A stretch of 64,000 nucleotides of DNA, taken from the NCBI RefSeq assembly GCF_009914755.1, contig NC_060932.1. One strand, written 5' to 3'. The stretch comes from the human T2T-CHM13v2.0 reference genome, Homo sapiens. The notes below the pieces were generated by a model that had not been told where the DNA came from, made no database searches, and saw only the letters and a program-made list of their open reading frames with translations. The position numbers and the translations under genes are program-made. Positions 14,827 to 31,907 of the stretch are shown here, in pieces (the first letter of the stretch is position 1; each line of letters begins with the position of its first letter).

Positions 14827-16417
14827 GAAGAAGGCCATTTGAGATCCTGAGTGTACAGGAAGCAGGGGCGCCCAGGAATTGGAGGAAGAGATCCACCAAA
14901 CACACTCAAGGCGCACACAGCAATGCTTCATCTCTCAACTGACCCACACGCAGTGCCATAGTTGTTGAACAAACAGTTGAAACTTTGTTACACTGTCTAA
15001 TTTGTGCCCACGAGGGATCACTGGTTAAAGAGGAGAGCCATGAAGAACGCACGTAATCAGGGGCAATAACAGTAACTCTGCAATTGTGCCTCCGGGTGAC
15101 GGTAACCAGGTCTCTGAGTTGCATTCATCTAATCAAAATCCATTTGCAGCACATCAAGACATTTGTAAGGCCTCAAAATACAACGTTTAAAATATAACAT
15201 ATAATGATGATTATGTCTAATTTTGCTTTTTGTTTTCTGGGAATTAAGACAATCCAAATTCACAAGAAATTATTTGTAGAAAAGTACTTGCAAATAACAA
15301 CCTGAAATCATGTTTCATGCATCACCATTTGGAAATTAAACTCTACAATGATTAAACAAAGAAACGAAGAGAACTTTAAAAATGCAAAATGCAAGAATTC
15401 CAAACATAAGTTTGAAAAGAAACTCTGACTAATTGATGATGTTGCACAATCTACCTTTCAAAATACATTCAATCCCCAAACCAAGCATGGTATACTTTTT
15501 TTTAATTGATGTTTATAAATCAGGCTTTGAAATGTATTTAAAAGTATACAGTGCTTATCAATACAAAATCTTTAAATCTGTTATTATTTTAAAATGAATT
15601 TTAACATATAATATTTAGTAATATACCAATCTAAAATAAAATATAGATCACGTAAAATTCTTGCTTTTAATAGTAATATGCATCAGTAAAACATAAAATG
15701 GGTCCTCTCAAGACAGACCGGTGAGCAGACACAGAATACTGTGAGATCATTCGCTAGGAGACAGTGCAGTTGCTTGGATAACAAGTGGATGACACATGGA
15801 ACTCGGGAGCACTAGTTATGGAGTCGGTGTCAGTCCAGATAGAATGTCAACCTGCTCCTGCCGTGTGAAGGCTGGGTGCCAGCTCCTGCCCTCCACAGAG
15901 CTATAATATATTAATAATAGGAATGGCAACAAAATGTGTGTTCATCATCTCAGGGCACACAAGACAATAGGTAAGGGATGGGATGAAGCAGATACATTGA
16001 ATTGTTAAGTTCCCTTCCAACAAGAGGGTCTATGAATTGACTGTGATGGCAATTTCAGGGCAGGGTGCTGCGTGGAGCCTGTGACACTGGTTCCAGTTTG
16101 TTCTCCAGCCTCCTTTTCTCACAAAAGCAGGTCTCAGTGCAGATCTCGCAGCATCTCTTCTTCGGTCTTCCTTGGGGAGCTTCTCAAAGCACAGCCCTAT
16201 CCCTCTCATCAACCACCACGAAGGATTCGCTGACTGGGCTGTTTTCTCTGCAACTTCCACAACGAAGAGGGGAGCCCCTTACCTTGCCCTGGAATATTCT
16301 TTCTGAGGATTTCTGAGAGGTAAAGCAGCCACTGATGGCAGCGTCCAGAGGATAACAGCACCGTCAAAGAGGAAGCAGGGCGACAGCTTGCTTGGCAGAC
16401 CCAGCCTGGCTTGATGC

Positions 16418-16503
16418 TGCGCATGCGCTGGACAAACAGCAGGCACAGGGCACAAGGGTCGAGAGTAAACTCCGCCCTCACCTGCGGCTGTTGTGACCAC
16501 CTG
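16418..16503. promoter_or_regulatory. Candidate cis-regulatory cluster: NRF1 motif, GC box, two CACCTG E-boxes
   Basis: TGCGCATGCGC 16418-16428, CCGCCC 16472-16477, CACCTG at 16479 and 16498, in unique sequence; motif match only. Confidence 0.35.
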
Positions 16504-16699
16504 CCACCTCCTGGCCTCCCAGACCTCGTCTACATCCGATGCCTCATTATAGATACAGAATGGTTTTTTTAGAAAATTGGAAAGTTGATCAGACTTTTAA
16601 AATATCACAAAGGAGTCTTCATGTGGCGTTTAAGATAATTCCTTTCAATATTTATTTTCTAAATATCCCAGCCACAGACCTGAAGAGTTTATATCCCAG

Positions 16700-16800
16700 T
16701 AGGAAAGGCTGGGTATAGGGTGCATAGAATTTCCCCATACATCTATTTCTTTTGCAATTTCTTGTGAATCTATCATTGTTTCAAAATAAACTGAAAAAAA
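16700..16800 (+). mobile_element. L1MC/MD 3'-terminal fragment
   Basis: ttttgcaatttcttgtgaatctatcattgtttcaaaataaa. Confidence 0.65.
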
Positions 16801-17299
16801 TGACATGGGTCTGAATCAAACCAAGAGAATCTAAAAACTGTTTCTATTTTTAGTCATCTAAGGACGGGAAAAGGGAAAAAGAGGTCTACGGTCCTGTAGC
16901 TCCTTCCAGGCTTTAGAAGCATAATGGAATTGGACCATTTTTGCCCTGTAGAAATGTACTTATCATGAAAAAAAAGGAAAGTCTTAAGTCCTTGATACTT
17001 CAGAAGAACATCCATAGACTCCCCCATTTGTACACTAGGTCAACCAACATTTAACATCACTTCTGTGGTTCAAATATGGTGCTCTTGTTATAACAGCAGA
17101 CTGATATTGTCAAGACATCACAGGACAAATGAGCACTGGCCCAGCTTACTATGCTCATTTTAACAAGTACAGTCAGCAAGGATCAGGAAAACCAATCATG
17201 TATATGATTTAAATGATCTAAATAAAAAATAGTGAAAAATATTTTACATTTATTTATACTTTGTACTTATTAATTTAGCAACAGATTTGTACAACCTGT

Positions 17300-17745
17300 C
17301 CCCCTACCATCTTCCCCTTCTCACACACGACGTCCCCATTTCCACAGATTCTCAGGACAAAGGCCTTGGAGCCACCACACCTCCTGTGAAATAGCAAGGC
17401 TTAGCCTATTTAATGTTTGTTCTGAGGATATCCAGAACCTGACCATTCTTTCCACCTTGACCTACTCCTGTCCCAGAATTACTGCGGCAGGACTGACATC
17501 CACTCCCGCCCGTGGCGCAACAGCACATTCTCTGAAAGCAGCTCTCCAGCTTTTCATAGCACGTCCCCCCTGCTATGCTGATGTTTGCTGTCTACACAAC
17601 CTGCTACATTTATGCTTCTCGCCTATCCTTCTCCATTCAAATATAAGCTCTTTGAGAGCATGAACTCAACTTTACTCATTGCTGTCTTCAGTGCCTAGGA
17701 CAGTGCTTCGCAGAAAATAGGGTGCAAGGAGTATTAGTTCCAAGG
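17300..17745 (+). mobile_element. L2 3' fragment
   Basis: atataagctctttgagagcatgaac...cagtgcctaggacagtgc L2 tail. Confidence 0.6.
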
Positions 17746-18039
17746 AGGGAGAGAGGGAGGGAAGATGAACGCTATGCTGGTGAGGCTGCGGGGAACCAGG
17801 TCCATTGATGCAAACTTCACTGTACTCTATACCAAGAATTTCTGATGAACAATTTAAAATGACAGACCAAAATCTAGAAATTACTTATGACTTTTTGTAA
17901 GTCTTATTTCATTATTTATTTATACCATGAATAACAAATCGAAATTTAATTTTTAACAGTTTTAACAACTAAATTTGTGGAATACTTTCAATTTTAGATT
18001 TTGTAAAATCTTAGATTTTTGCAATTTAAAAAATTAGTT

Positions 18040-19923
<1,884 letters not shown>

Positions 19924-21325
19924 AGGCATACATTTTGTATAACAAGTTTGAATGACTAGCTTTTAGAAGAAAGAAGTGGGGGGAAAAAACGTATTATTTT
20001 ATATAATCATCCTACTATTTATAGATAAGGCAATGCGGGGCTCAGAGTATCTAAGAGGCCTGTTCAAGGCAGGAAGTAGAGTTCCATCCCCTCTAATTTC
20101 AAATCCTTTCTTCCCTCCACAAAATCAAGGTACCCTGCCACAGTTATTTACTATGTCCCTATCACGTGCCAGTCATCTGAGAGACTTACTTAAAAGGGGA
20201 GACACAGAAAAGACACTGCCTGTAACATACCTGTAAAGACTGAGAATGAGAGGGAAGAAGGGCGTGGACCCCATGCGCTGCAGGCTTGCCACGCATCAGG
20301 CACACAGTTTCTTACTGGAATCCTCCCGACAGCCCGATAAGGAGGCCCGCTTTATAAAGATTCTGTAACTTGCCCAACATGGCAGAGCTGGGATTCCAAC
20401 ATGAGGCAGTCAGCCTCCAAAACCCAGGTCCTCCACCTCTCGGCCCTCCTGCATCCTGCTGGTCAGGCCGAGGCCCCCCAGTGACTAGGGTCCTGATGCA
20501 GCCACGAACAACACCAAGCTCGTTCTTTCTTCTCACTCTGCCTGAGTCCCTCACCTGCAACACGGGGCAACACGTTCTCTAGCCCACACTCCCTAGCATG
20601 TCAAATGTACAAGGACAGGCGCTGAAGTCTCCCATGAGCCTCTGAAGGGGATTGAGGGACTACCTCACCTTGCAGAGGGTCACCGTAAGTTCTGAAAAGT
20701 GGCAACACCTGGAAAATGCTTCCTAAGGAAGCAAAGGGGTTACAGGGAGAGCAGGGTGTGTAGCAAGGCAACTGGCACTTAGTGTGTGCTCAATAACCAT
20801 CCAGATCCAGTTCCTTTACACACACTGAGACGACAGCGCCTCAACACCTACATGCACAGGGCTGAGCGGGCCACACAGAGGCAGGAAGAACGCTAACAGC
20901 CTGGTCAATGGGACCCTAAGTGTAATGGATAATTAATGCTTTTGTGAAAAGATGCTGCTGCTCTTGGGTACCTGCTCGGCAGGTAAGGGCCAGATGGAGT
21001 TCAAGCCCATCAAGCCCATCACAGTCGCAGCAGCTGGGTTCCACTCGGACCGTGACCCCGCCTCTCCGTGCACTCCTCCAGGAACCTGTCTGTACTGGGG
21101 CTCCAAACTTCTCCCTTCTCCAGCACTGCACTTCCTGTCAAGCCACTCCTGACCCTAAGGAAAGGAAACTGTACTCCCCAGTCGTCTAAACAAACAACTC
21201 AAATCCCACTGTAGGTCCTCCGGCTGGTCAACGCAAATCTAGTTGTTCTGTCTCCAAAGCTCCTGCCACACATCGTTCACACTGCAGCGTTTCTTCAAAA
21301 CTTCGGTTGACCACTGACTACTTAC

Positions 21326-21514
21326 TTCACCTGCTGCTGCCCAAACAAAGAGTCACAGAGTGGCTGCCTTCAGAGAGCTGACCATAGGTGAAAGGGAGGC
21401 CAACAAAGGCTTCAGGATCCGCTGAGGTCAGTGATGTCCTTCGGGAGTGCTGGAGCCAGCTGCTGCAAAGCCGCCTGTGTTTACAAGACTGGCTCATCCC
21501 TTTGTCCCTAGAAC
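21326..21514 (-). other. Candidate internal exon (189 nt), probably non-coding
   Basis: - strand acceptor cttctgttgtgtgtcag|G and strong donor GAA|gtaagt in unique sequence; all three frames contain a stop with this donor. Confidence 0.25.
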
Positions 21515-21559
21515 CTGACACACAACAGAAGTGCATACACACAAGGAAAATGACAACCA

Positions 21560-21760
21560 CCAATTTTCAATTATCTGCCTTGTGTCAGGCACTGTTAATA
21601 ATTTTTCAGACACTTTATAACACACAGTTTTACAACCCTGCACAGTCAGTGTTATCTCCTTTTCAAGATGAAGGAAAAATGATGCTGAGAGAAATGTGAA
21701 TGGCTCGCTCAAAACCACAGCGCCAATGAGCAGGAGAATCAACACTGGAAATCAGATACA
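21560..21760 (-). mobile_element. MIR
   Basis: tgtgtcaggcactgtt...tacaaccctg...tttcaagatgaaggaaaaatgatgctgagaga. Confidence 0.7.
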
Positions 21761-23351
21761 GGCGCATGGGGCTCTCACTCCTGGTGTGCACTGCAATTCT
21801 AAATTCTTGTTAAATTTAAAACCAATCTACTAAGTAAACATAGCAACTGGAAAAAGATCTACCACGATAAAACTCCACAGTGCCCCTTCCATGGGTGAGC
21901 TGTCCCCACCACACAGGGAAAGTGACGAAGGCCTCGGTGGCAGGGTGTCTATCAATAATGTCGTAACGATTACACCCCACGCCCCGCTCAGAGGAGTGTA
22001 TTTTCCACATAGATCAGAGTAGAAATGTCTAAGAGTGGATCGTTTATTGTAACAGGCTAGAAAGAAATTGCTCCTCAGGAGAGAGGGAGGCTCGGCACTC
22101 AGACAGGGATGGTCCAGCCTAATCCATTTCCATCTCGTCCCTAACAAGGTTACCAGGCAGCTCTGTGTAAAAAGCAAATCTCAAAGGTAATTTGATCTTT
22201 TAAATAAAAGTCAACTGAGACCTATGTACTCCCTGGTGGGAGAACAGTAAAAATAATAATAATAATAATGAGAATTCTACCTATCTATATTGGGCTTTGG
22301 CATTTAGAAAAAACTGCCCCCTCTGTTATTTAAATGGATTCTCTTATCGCCCTGGTGAGGTGAGCAGAGCTAAGAGGCTCACTCTCCCCCTAGGGAGTGC
22401 AGAGACCAAGCTGCGGCAGAGAAACACACTCCTCCAAAGATACGGCTCCTACAAAGGGTCTGTCCAGCGGCAGAATAGACACCAGAGTCCAGGACTCCAG
22501 GCTCCCAGGTCAGAGCAGGTGTGGCAGCAAGCTTTGGTCTGGGTGTCCCCAAGGCCACAGTTCAGATTGCCTCCCTTCCACTCACGAACGCACAGGACAA
22601 GGTGAGGAATGTAACACCCCCAGATAGGAATGCCAATGTCAGAGGGTTCTCGGGAGTGTGCATGGGATGCCCGACGCAACACCCAGGGCATGCCCTGGAG
22701 TCTAGCAGGCCGTGAATAAATAGGACTGCTCTTCCTTCCCATGCTCTCATATAGAAAACCATCATTTTAAAAAATACCAATAAGAAAAACTGCAGAAATT
22801 ATCAGTATCAGTGAGAGGAGCAGACAAACAGACTACCCCAGGAGTAAATAACTCACATCCATTTGTATTTTGGTTTCACAATAGAGTATATGATTCATGT
22901 TATGCCAGCAGTAAAGTAGTCCTTTGACATATATTTGGCTTCTATTTGCACCAAAATTAGTCTGAATCTCTGTGTAGGCTCGCACTGGCATGTATGTGGC
23001 CATCTTCATTGTCCATGCTGCAGTGGCCTGGAAGCCAGGACATCTAGATGCCAGCCCTGTCACCTGCAAGCTGTGTGAACCTGAGCAAATCAGAAAACTC
23101 TCCGGGCCTCGTTTGTGATGCAAATGTGTTGAAATGGGCCATCTCTGGGGATGCATATAACTCTAACATGGCGTGATGCCAGAGTACAAATCTTCACCTG
23201 TGAGCAAAATGAAAAGTAATGAATTCACAATACACCATGCATCACGTAACTTCAATAAACTGCAAAGGCCAAGAGCCGAAAATGCATACTAATTCTGTTG
23301 TGTTCCAGGCCTTGCAATTTACACAGGTCCCTATTAAGAAAGATAGAATTT

Positions 23352-23747
<396 letters not shown>

Positions 23748-24133
23748 CTAGGTCCTGGGAGGCAGAGGTTGACCACCTGGCTGCATGTTCCACAGAGCTC
23801 AAAATCCAGTGGAAGAACCAGAAACCCAACATTAACACCTCTCCTGTTCCTCCCACTGTGGGTGGTGAAATCCTTCTTTCCTCAAGAATTAGTACAACGT
23901 TTCATTTTTTTGTGATGCCTTTCCAGATCTCCCCAGTAAAAATTAGGTGCTCTCTCCAACGTATATATATTTTCGTACATGAAATGTTAAATCAAGGTTA
24001 AAATTTACATACAACGAAATACACAAATCTGAAGTGTATACTAGTCTGATTATTTGTCTACAACCCTATAACCCATACCCCTATCAATATATGCAACATT
24101 TCATCAAGTCAGAAAGATATTTTCTCTTCCCTT

Positions 24134-24240
24134 TAGGGCGACCAACTGTCCTGGTTTGTACTGAGGACTTTGCTAGGGTGAGGGAATTTCAGAGCTAAAA
24201 TCTAGAAAATCCCAGGCAAACCAGACAGTTGCTAACCCAA
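24134..24240. mobile_element. MER81 (hAT-Blackjack) MITE
   Basis: TIRs tagggcgaccaactgtcctggtttg ... caaaccagacagttgctaaccca. Confidence 0.8.
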
Positions 24241-25629
24241 ATCCCTTCCCAGTCAATTCCTGCCCCACGTTACCTTAACCCAGAGTCAACCACTGGTTAG
24301 ATTTCTTTCATCATAAAACAGGTTTTCCTGTTCTAGAAAGGTGTACACATGGAGTCACACAGTATGTTTCTTTTATGACTCGATTCCTTTGACCAGCATC
24401 GTAACTTTGTGCTGACCCCATTTTGTTGCATGTACCAGCAGTTTCTATTTCTGAGGAGTATTCCATTGTGTGGCAGCACCCCACATTGTTTATTCATTTA
24501 CCTGTTAATGGGCATTTGGGGTTGTTTCCAGTTTGGAGTTATTAGGAATAAAGCTGTTACGAAAATACTTGCAGGAGTCTTTTTGTGGATGTGGACTTAT
24601 ATTTCTCTTGAGAAAATATCTAGGAATGAAATTGCTGGATCACTGGGGAGGAATATGTTTTAATTCATGAGGAACTGCCTGACTGATTTTCTAAAGTGGC
24701 TGCACCAGTTTATACTCCCAGAAGCAGTTTATGTGAATTCTGGCTGTTTCACATTCTCCCTAACATTTGGTGTTCTGTTTTTTAATTTTAGCCATTCTAG
24801 TGGGTATATAGTAGTATCTAATTGGGGTTTTAATTCGCATTTCTCTAATGATTAATAATGTTGAACACTTTTCGGAGATAACAGGTCATTTGAGAAATAT
24901 CTGTTCAAATTTTCTATTTATCACCTTTTTAGAATTGTACAACTTCATCAATAAGATACAAGACGTTTGTTACATAAATATGTTACAATTTTTTTATCTT
25001 AGAATGTAATTTGCCTTTTAATAAGCTGAAGTTTTTAGTTTTGATGAAATTTGTCCTATCAAGTCTTAGTTTTATGGTTAGCAGTTTCCGGCCCCATCTA
25101 AGAAAATATTTGCCCCTAAATCAAGAAGATACTGTGCTACATTTTCTTTGAGAAGGCTTGCAGTTAAAGGTTTTACTTTTAGGCCTAAAATTCATCTCCA
25201 GTGAATTCTTGGGCAGATGTGATGTATGGGTGAAGGGTTGTTTTTATTCCCCCACACAGACGTCCAGTTGTTCCAGCATCTTTTATTAAAAAGACTTTTC
25301 TTTCCCCATGAAATTAGTTTTGCATCTTGTTAAAAATCAACTGATGAGATACAATTGGAACTATTTCTGGACTATCTATTATGGTCCATTGATCTCTTTT
25401 TCTGTCTTTACACCAATAACATACTCTCTTGATTACTATAGCTTTACATTGTCTTAAAATCATACAGTGTAAGTCCTCCAACTTTGTTCTTTTTTGTCAA
25501 GTTATTTGTCTATTCTAGGTCTGTTCAATTTCAAAATAATTTTATAATTCCACTAAACAAAAATCCTGCTAGGATTTTGACCGAATTGCATTCAACTTAC
25601 AATCAGTTCGGGGAAAACCACTATCTTAA

Positions 25630-25957
<328 letters not shown>

Positions 25958-26139
25958 ACCTCTCTAATTATTTAAGTCATCTTTCATTTCTCTTTATCAT
26001 GTTTTGTCATTTTCTAGGTAGGGATAAGATTTGTAGAAATGTTTTCCTAAGTGTTTTATTATTTTGATTCTACTGCATATATTATTTTTTACATTTCATT
26101 TTCAAATTGTTAGTTGCTGGTATATAGAAACATAAGTGA

Positions 26140-26452
<313 letters not shown>

Positions 26453-27363
26453 ACATAAGTGATTTTTAAATATTGAGTGGCATCCAGCAATCTTGCTAAA
26501 TTGACTTATTATTTCTACTAATTTCTTTGGTGTGGCAGATTTCTCACAATATTTATGTACATAATCATATGTACCATACAAAGAAAGACATGTGAATAAT
26601 AATAATTTTATTTCATTTCCTATTTTAATACCCTTATTTATTTTCTTCCCTTATTGCTCTGATTAGGACTGCCAGAAAAATAATGAATACGGTGGAAACG
26701 TGCCTTGTTCTTATTCTTAGAGAAAAAGTCATCAGACTTTCACCTCTAAGTATAACATTAACTGTGGGGTTTCTTGTAGATGGCCTTTGTCAGACTGAGG
26801 AAGTTCTCTTCTAATCCTAGTGTACTGAGTGTTTCTGGCATAATTAAGCATTGACTTTTGTCAAATAATGTTTCTTTATCAACTGATATAATCATATGAT
26901 TTTTCTCCTTTATTCTGCTAACATGACAAATTCTAATGACTGATCTTTCAATGGTAAAACAACCTCATACTTCTGAGTAAAACCTGAATTGTTCATGCTG
27001 TTTTGTCGCTTTCATATATCACTGAAGTTGATTTGATTTTTTGTTTTCATATTTCACATGTATATACATGAGGTTATTGGTCTACAGTTTTCTTTTCTCA
27101 TAATGTCTCTGACTGGGTTTGGCATCAAGGTGATGTTGGTATCATAAAATAGAAGTTGGGAAGTATTTCCTCCTTATTTTCTGAAAAAGTTTTTGTAAAG
27201 GTGATATTATTTCTTTCTTTAAAAAGCTTCATATATTTCAGAGTAGAGCCATCTGGGCCTAAAGTTTGCTTTGTGAGAAGATTTTAATTAAGAATTCAAA
27301 ATCTTTAACTGATGTGTGACTATTTATTTTTTCTATTTCTTTTTCCTGTGTCAATTTTAGTAA

Positions 27364-27835
<472 letters not shown>

Positions 27836-28203
27836 AATGTTTTGTATGTTTTATGATTTTTAATAATATTATCTTATTATCCTTTTAATGTCTGTGGAAT
27901 TAGTAGTAATGCCACCTCTTTCATTCTCATTATTAGTTATTTGTGTTTCCACATTTTTTTCTGACCACCCTAGTTACAATTTATTAATTTTATTGTTAAT
28001 ATTTTCAGAGAACCAACTGTTGGTTTCACCAACTTTATGAATTTATTTGTTCATACTCTATAGCACTGTTATCCACTCTATTATTTCTTCTGCTTACTCT
28101 AGGTACATTTTGCTATCCTTATCTAATAAAGAAGCAATATCACTGATTTTAAGCCATTCACCATTTCTAATACAAACATTTACTGTATTATAAATAACAA
28201 CTA

Positions 28204-28464
28204 GGCACTTTCGGAGGTTGAAGCAGGAGGATTGCTTGAGGCCAGGGGTTTGAGACCAGCCTGGGCAAGACAGTGAGACCCCATCTCTACCAAAAGTTTA
28301 AAAAATAAACCAGTTGCGGTCCTCTGCACCTGTAGTTTTAGCTACTTGGGAGGCAAGGCAGGACAATCACTTGAGCCCAGGAGTTTGAGGTTACAGTGAG
28401 CTATGATGGTGCCAGTGCATTCCCACCTGGACAATGGAGTGAGATTCTATCTCAAAAAAAAAAA
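28204..28464 (+). mobile_element. AluJ, 5'-truncated
   Basis: ggaggattgcttgaggccagg, gaggttacagtgagctatgat. Confidence 0.88.
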
Positions 28465-29569
28465 TACACATGTACACATACAAAGTAGGTGGAGCTGATT
28501 AAAAGAATTGTCCAAGTTTTCTATATTGTTACTAATTTTTTTGTCTACTTATTTTACCAAATACTGAGAGATAAATGTTGACGTTTTCAACTACCATGGT
28601 GGGGTTATCAATTTCTCCCTTCAGTATGTCAGTTTTACTATGAAGTTATATTTGTAAACAGTTTCATTTGATCATTATGTACTTTTGATGACTTGATTTT
28701 GCTGTCATTAAAAATTGTCCTCTTTTTCTCTTGAAAGTCTAACCGTTTGATATTAAGATACCCAAACCAACTAAATAATTGTCTTTATGTCTTTTCCTTC
28801 ATCTTTTTGTTTTTACATTATGCATAGTTAATGTCAATTTCTTATAAAAAAGGTAGTTGGCATCTTACTTTCTTGTATAGTTTGACAATCTCCATTTTTA
28901 AAGGTAGTATTAAATCTATTTACGTTTAGTGTAACTCTGGATACAGTAGATTTGAGTCCTCCACATTGCCATCTGTTTCCTATTTGACTGTACGTTCCTT
29001 GTTCTTTTCTCCTTCTTTCTTGATACCTCTTCCCCTTTTTTGGGGTTAAGTATTTTTAAATATTCCATTTTATGTCTTCTGGCTTATCATCCATTCCTTA
29101 AGTGGATTGCTCCAGAGTTTGCATGTATCTTTAGCTGATCACATCTTAACTTCAAAAAATATTATAACAATTTGCATATAACACAAGAATTTCTATTTTC
29201 CCACCCATTCTTTGTGCCACTTTTTTGTTACATATTTTATTTGCATATGTGCTATACACTACAGAATTAAATGTTCTTATTTCTTTAAGTAGTCAATTAA
29301 TCTTTCAAAGAAATTTTAAAAGTGAAGGAAACAAATCTTTTCTATTTATTCACTTATTTACTATTTATTAGGTTCATCACTCCTTTATATAGCTTCCGGT
29401 TTCCATTTGCTTTTATTTCTGATGGATGAGCTTATATCAGGGTAGTAAAAAACAGGAATTGTGCTCCATTTGTCTCTTAAACCAGTGATCTCTTTATATA
29501 GCACCTGAAACTTTGGAAGTGTCGGCTTAAGGAACAAATGAAACTATTTCCAATACACTCTGGTAAGTG

Positions 29570-30150
29570 CATTATCAGAAGTACATGTAATGTTAAGGGA
29601 CCCACAGAAAGGCCAATCCACTCTGCCAAGTCACACTCAGAAAAATTTTACAAAAATGGTAACATGGGTCAAGGTCAAACAGGTATTTTCCAAAAGGTTG
29701 AATAAAGCATCTTCATTTAAGAGAGAGAACAGTGTTAGAAAAAGGTGTGTGCAGAAGCGCACTGGTGTAAGCCACCTGCACATATCCCAGCAATGGCGAG
29801 GAGCAAAGCGCCCTTTACACGAAGTATGGGACTGGGGCAAAGGGACTGAAGGGGAAGATCTGGGCCAGATCCTTAAGCACCATGGATGTCATAGGAGGGA
29901 CTCTGGACTTTATCTCATCAGCACTGGGAAAGTATGTGCCAGAGCAGTGGCACAGGCACATGTGTAATTAAAGGATGACAACGGGAAACAAGGCTGTCAG
30001 CAGAGAGACCAATGGGGCAACTCTCTCTACAGTGACAAAGGCATGCAGTGGATTGCAGAGTCATTGGGAGACATCTCAGAAGTCCAATCCACAGGGCTTG
30101 GGGACCACTTAGACTTAGGAATAACAGAAAAGGAGAATTAGAAGACATCA
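29570..30150 (-). mobile_element. L2 relic
   Basis: ctgggccagatcctt...ggactctggactttatct antisense L2 motifs. Confidence 0.5.
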
Positions 30151-31763
30151 AATCTCAATCCCAAGAGCAGGGAAAAGAACCACGGAAACCAAAAGAAAAG
30201 GGAGCAAGGGCCACAGGCTTGGGGGCAGGATCCACATAGCGCTTCAGCTGACCACCTACGCTTCCAAACCTCTGTGTGCAGCAAACCACATAGCGGCATT
30301 TTTCTCATCTTCAACTGTCATTTAGAACTGCAGGGGTCATGACGTGAAAACCAGATATCAATGGGGAAAAAAAGACGAACTCAGCTGATGACAACCTGTG
30401 CCGCTTCCAAGAATTATTTATGTGGGCAACGGCAGCAGGAGATGAGGGGATGAGAGAGAAACACACAACAGGTTCATGATGGAGCAAATGTAATGCTCAG
30501 AAAGGGCCTGAAATACTCTAACATCCGCAGCCATCCTGGCCAAGCTTCCCCAGGGGCAAGTGCTTTAATGCTTTACACAAATTCAAAACAGAGGCGGGTC
30601 TTGGCAGGAAAGGCTCTTACTCTGAGGACTGAAAAGGTGACAGATGATGAAATGTGATGCTAAAAGGCCCAGCTAAACCATTAATTCTTGCTGAAGGCAT
30701 TCTCCAATGGCTGGGAAGAAAAACAAGTCTTTCCTATAAACTAAAACCACACTTATTATTTAAAGCTGTATCATTTTCAAGGGATTTTATGCCAACATTA
30801 ACATGGACAACAACATGCTGTCTCACGCTGCAGCACACAGGGCCCACTGGAGGAGGAGGGGCTGCACGGGATCCCCCCACCGCCCCCTTCGAGGATAGAC
30901 AGGTAAGCATTTAAATAATACCCATCCAGCCCACCCTACTCAGATAGGCAAGACCTAGCCAGACACGAACACCAGGACGAGCTCGGAGGTGAAGAGCACC
31001 TGCTTCCCGAAGGCTGCTGGCACTACGGAGGAATGGGAGCCACAGAGGGTCCCCAGCTGGCAGGAGCTTCATTCACCTCCAGCTTCTAGATTCCACTACT
31101 CCAACATCACCAGAGGGGAAAGTTCTGGATGAGAAATATCATTCTCCCACCTCAGAAAAGAATACCCTGAGTATCTCTTGCCACCTCTGGGTTTCAAGTG
31201 TACAAACTGTCCAATTTCTTTCTCCCTGAAGGAAGATTAGGTCTGGAAAGTAGGCAGGAGAGAAAGCCTTTGTATGCGAAGGGCCTCCTGGGCAGAAATG
31301 ACCTGATGCCAAGATGGCTGGGAGCTCCACAAAGTGCCCATCTTATGGGGATGCCAGGAATGATGCAGAAGAGATGCTGGACTTGTCCAGGAGTCCCTAA
31401 GACATGTGCTATCCACTGAGCCCCTGCTAACAGGAGAGGTAAGCCAGAATGCAGCCAGGCCAGGCTGGGCGGGAAATGTGTGTGCACAGTGAGAACCACA
31501 CGTAGGAATGCTGCAATCATCAGCGTTATGATTACAGCACGGCGTGATATGTAAAGCCCATTCACTTACGACCACCTGAGAGGCAGTTCTCATGTAACAC
31601 CTGGTTTCCTAAAGAAAAACCTACATCCCAGAGAGGCTCAGCAACTTGGCCCCATGGCACGGATCTGACGGGATGCATGACAAAAACACACTGAGGTCAG
31701 GATTCTGAACGTAGTGCTGTTGAGACTCTAGAACAAGACGGCTGTGCGGCAGGAAGACATTTA

Positions 31764-31907
<144 letters not shown>

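Noticed and set aside
30644-30694. ATGATGA...CTGA resembling a C/D snoRNA
   Set aside because: Too short (about 50 nt) and no convincing terminal stem.
30899-30908. Isolated strong + strand donors (also near 20982 and 52146)
   Set aside because: No matching acceptors or frames; consensus donors occur frequently by chance.
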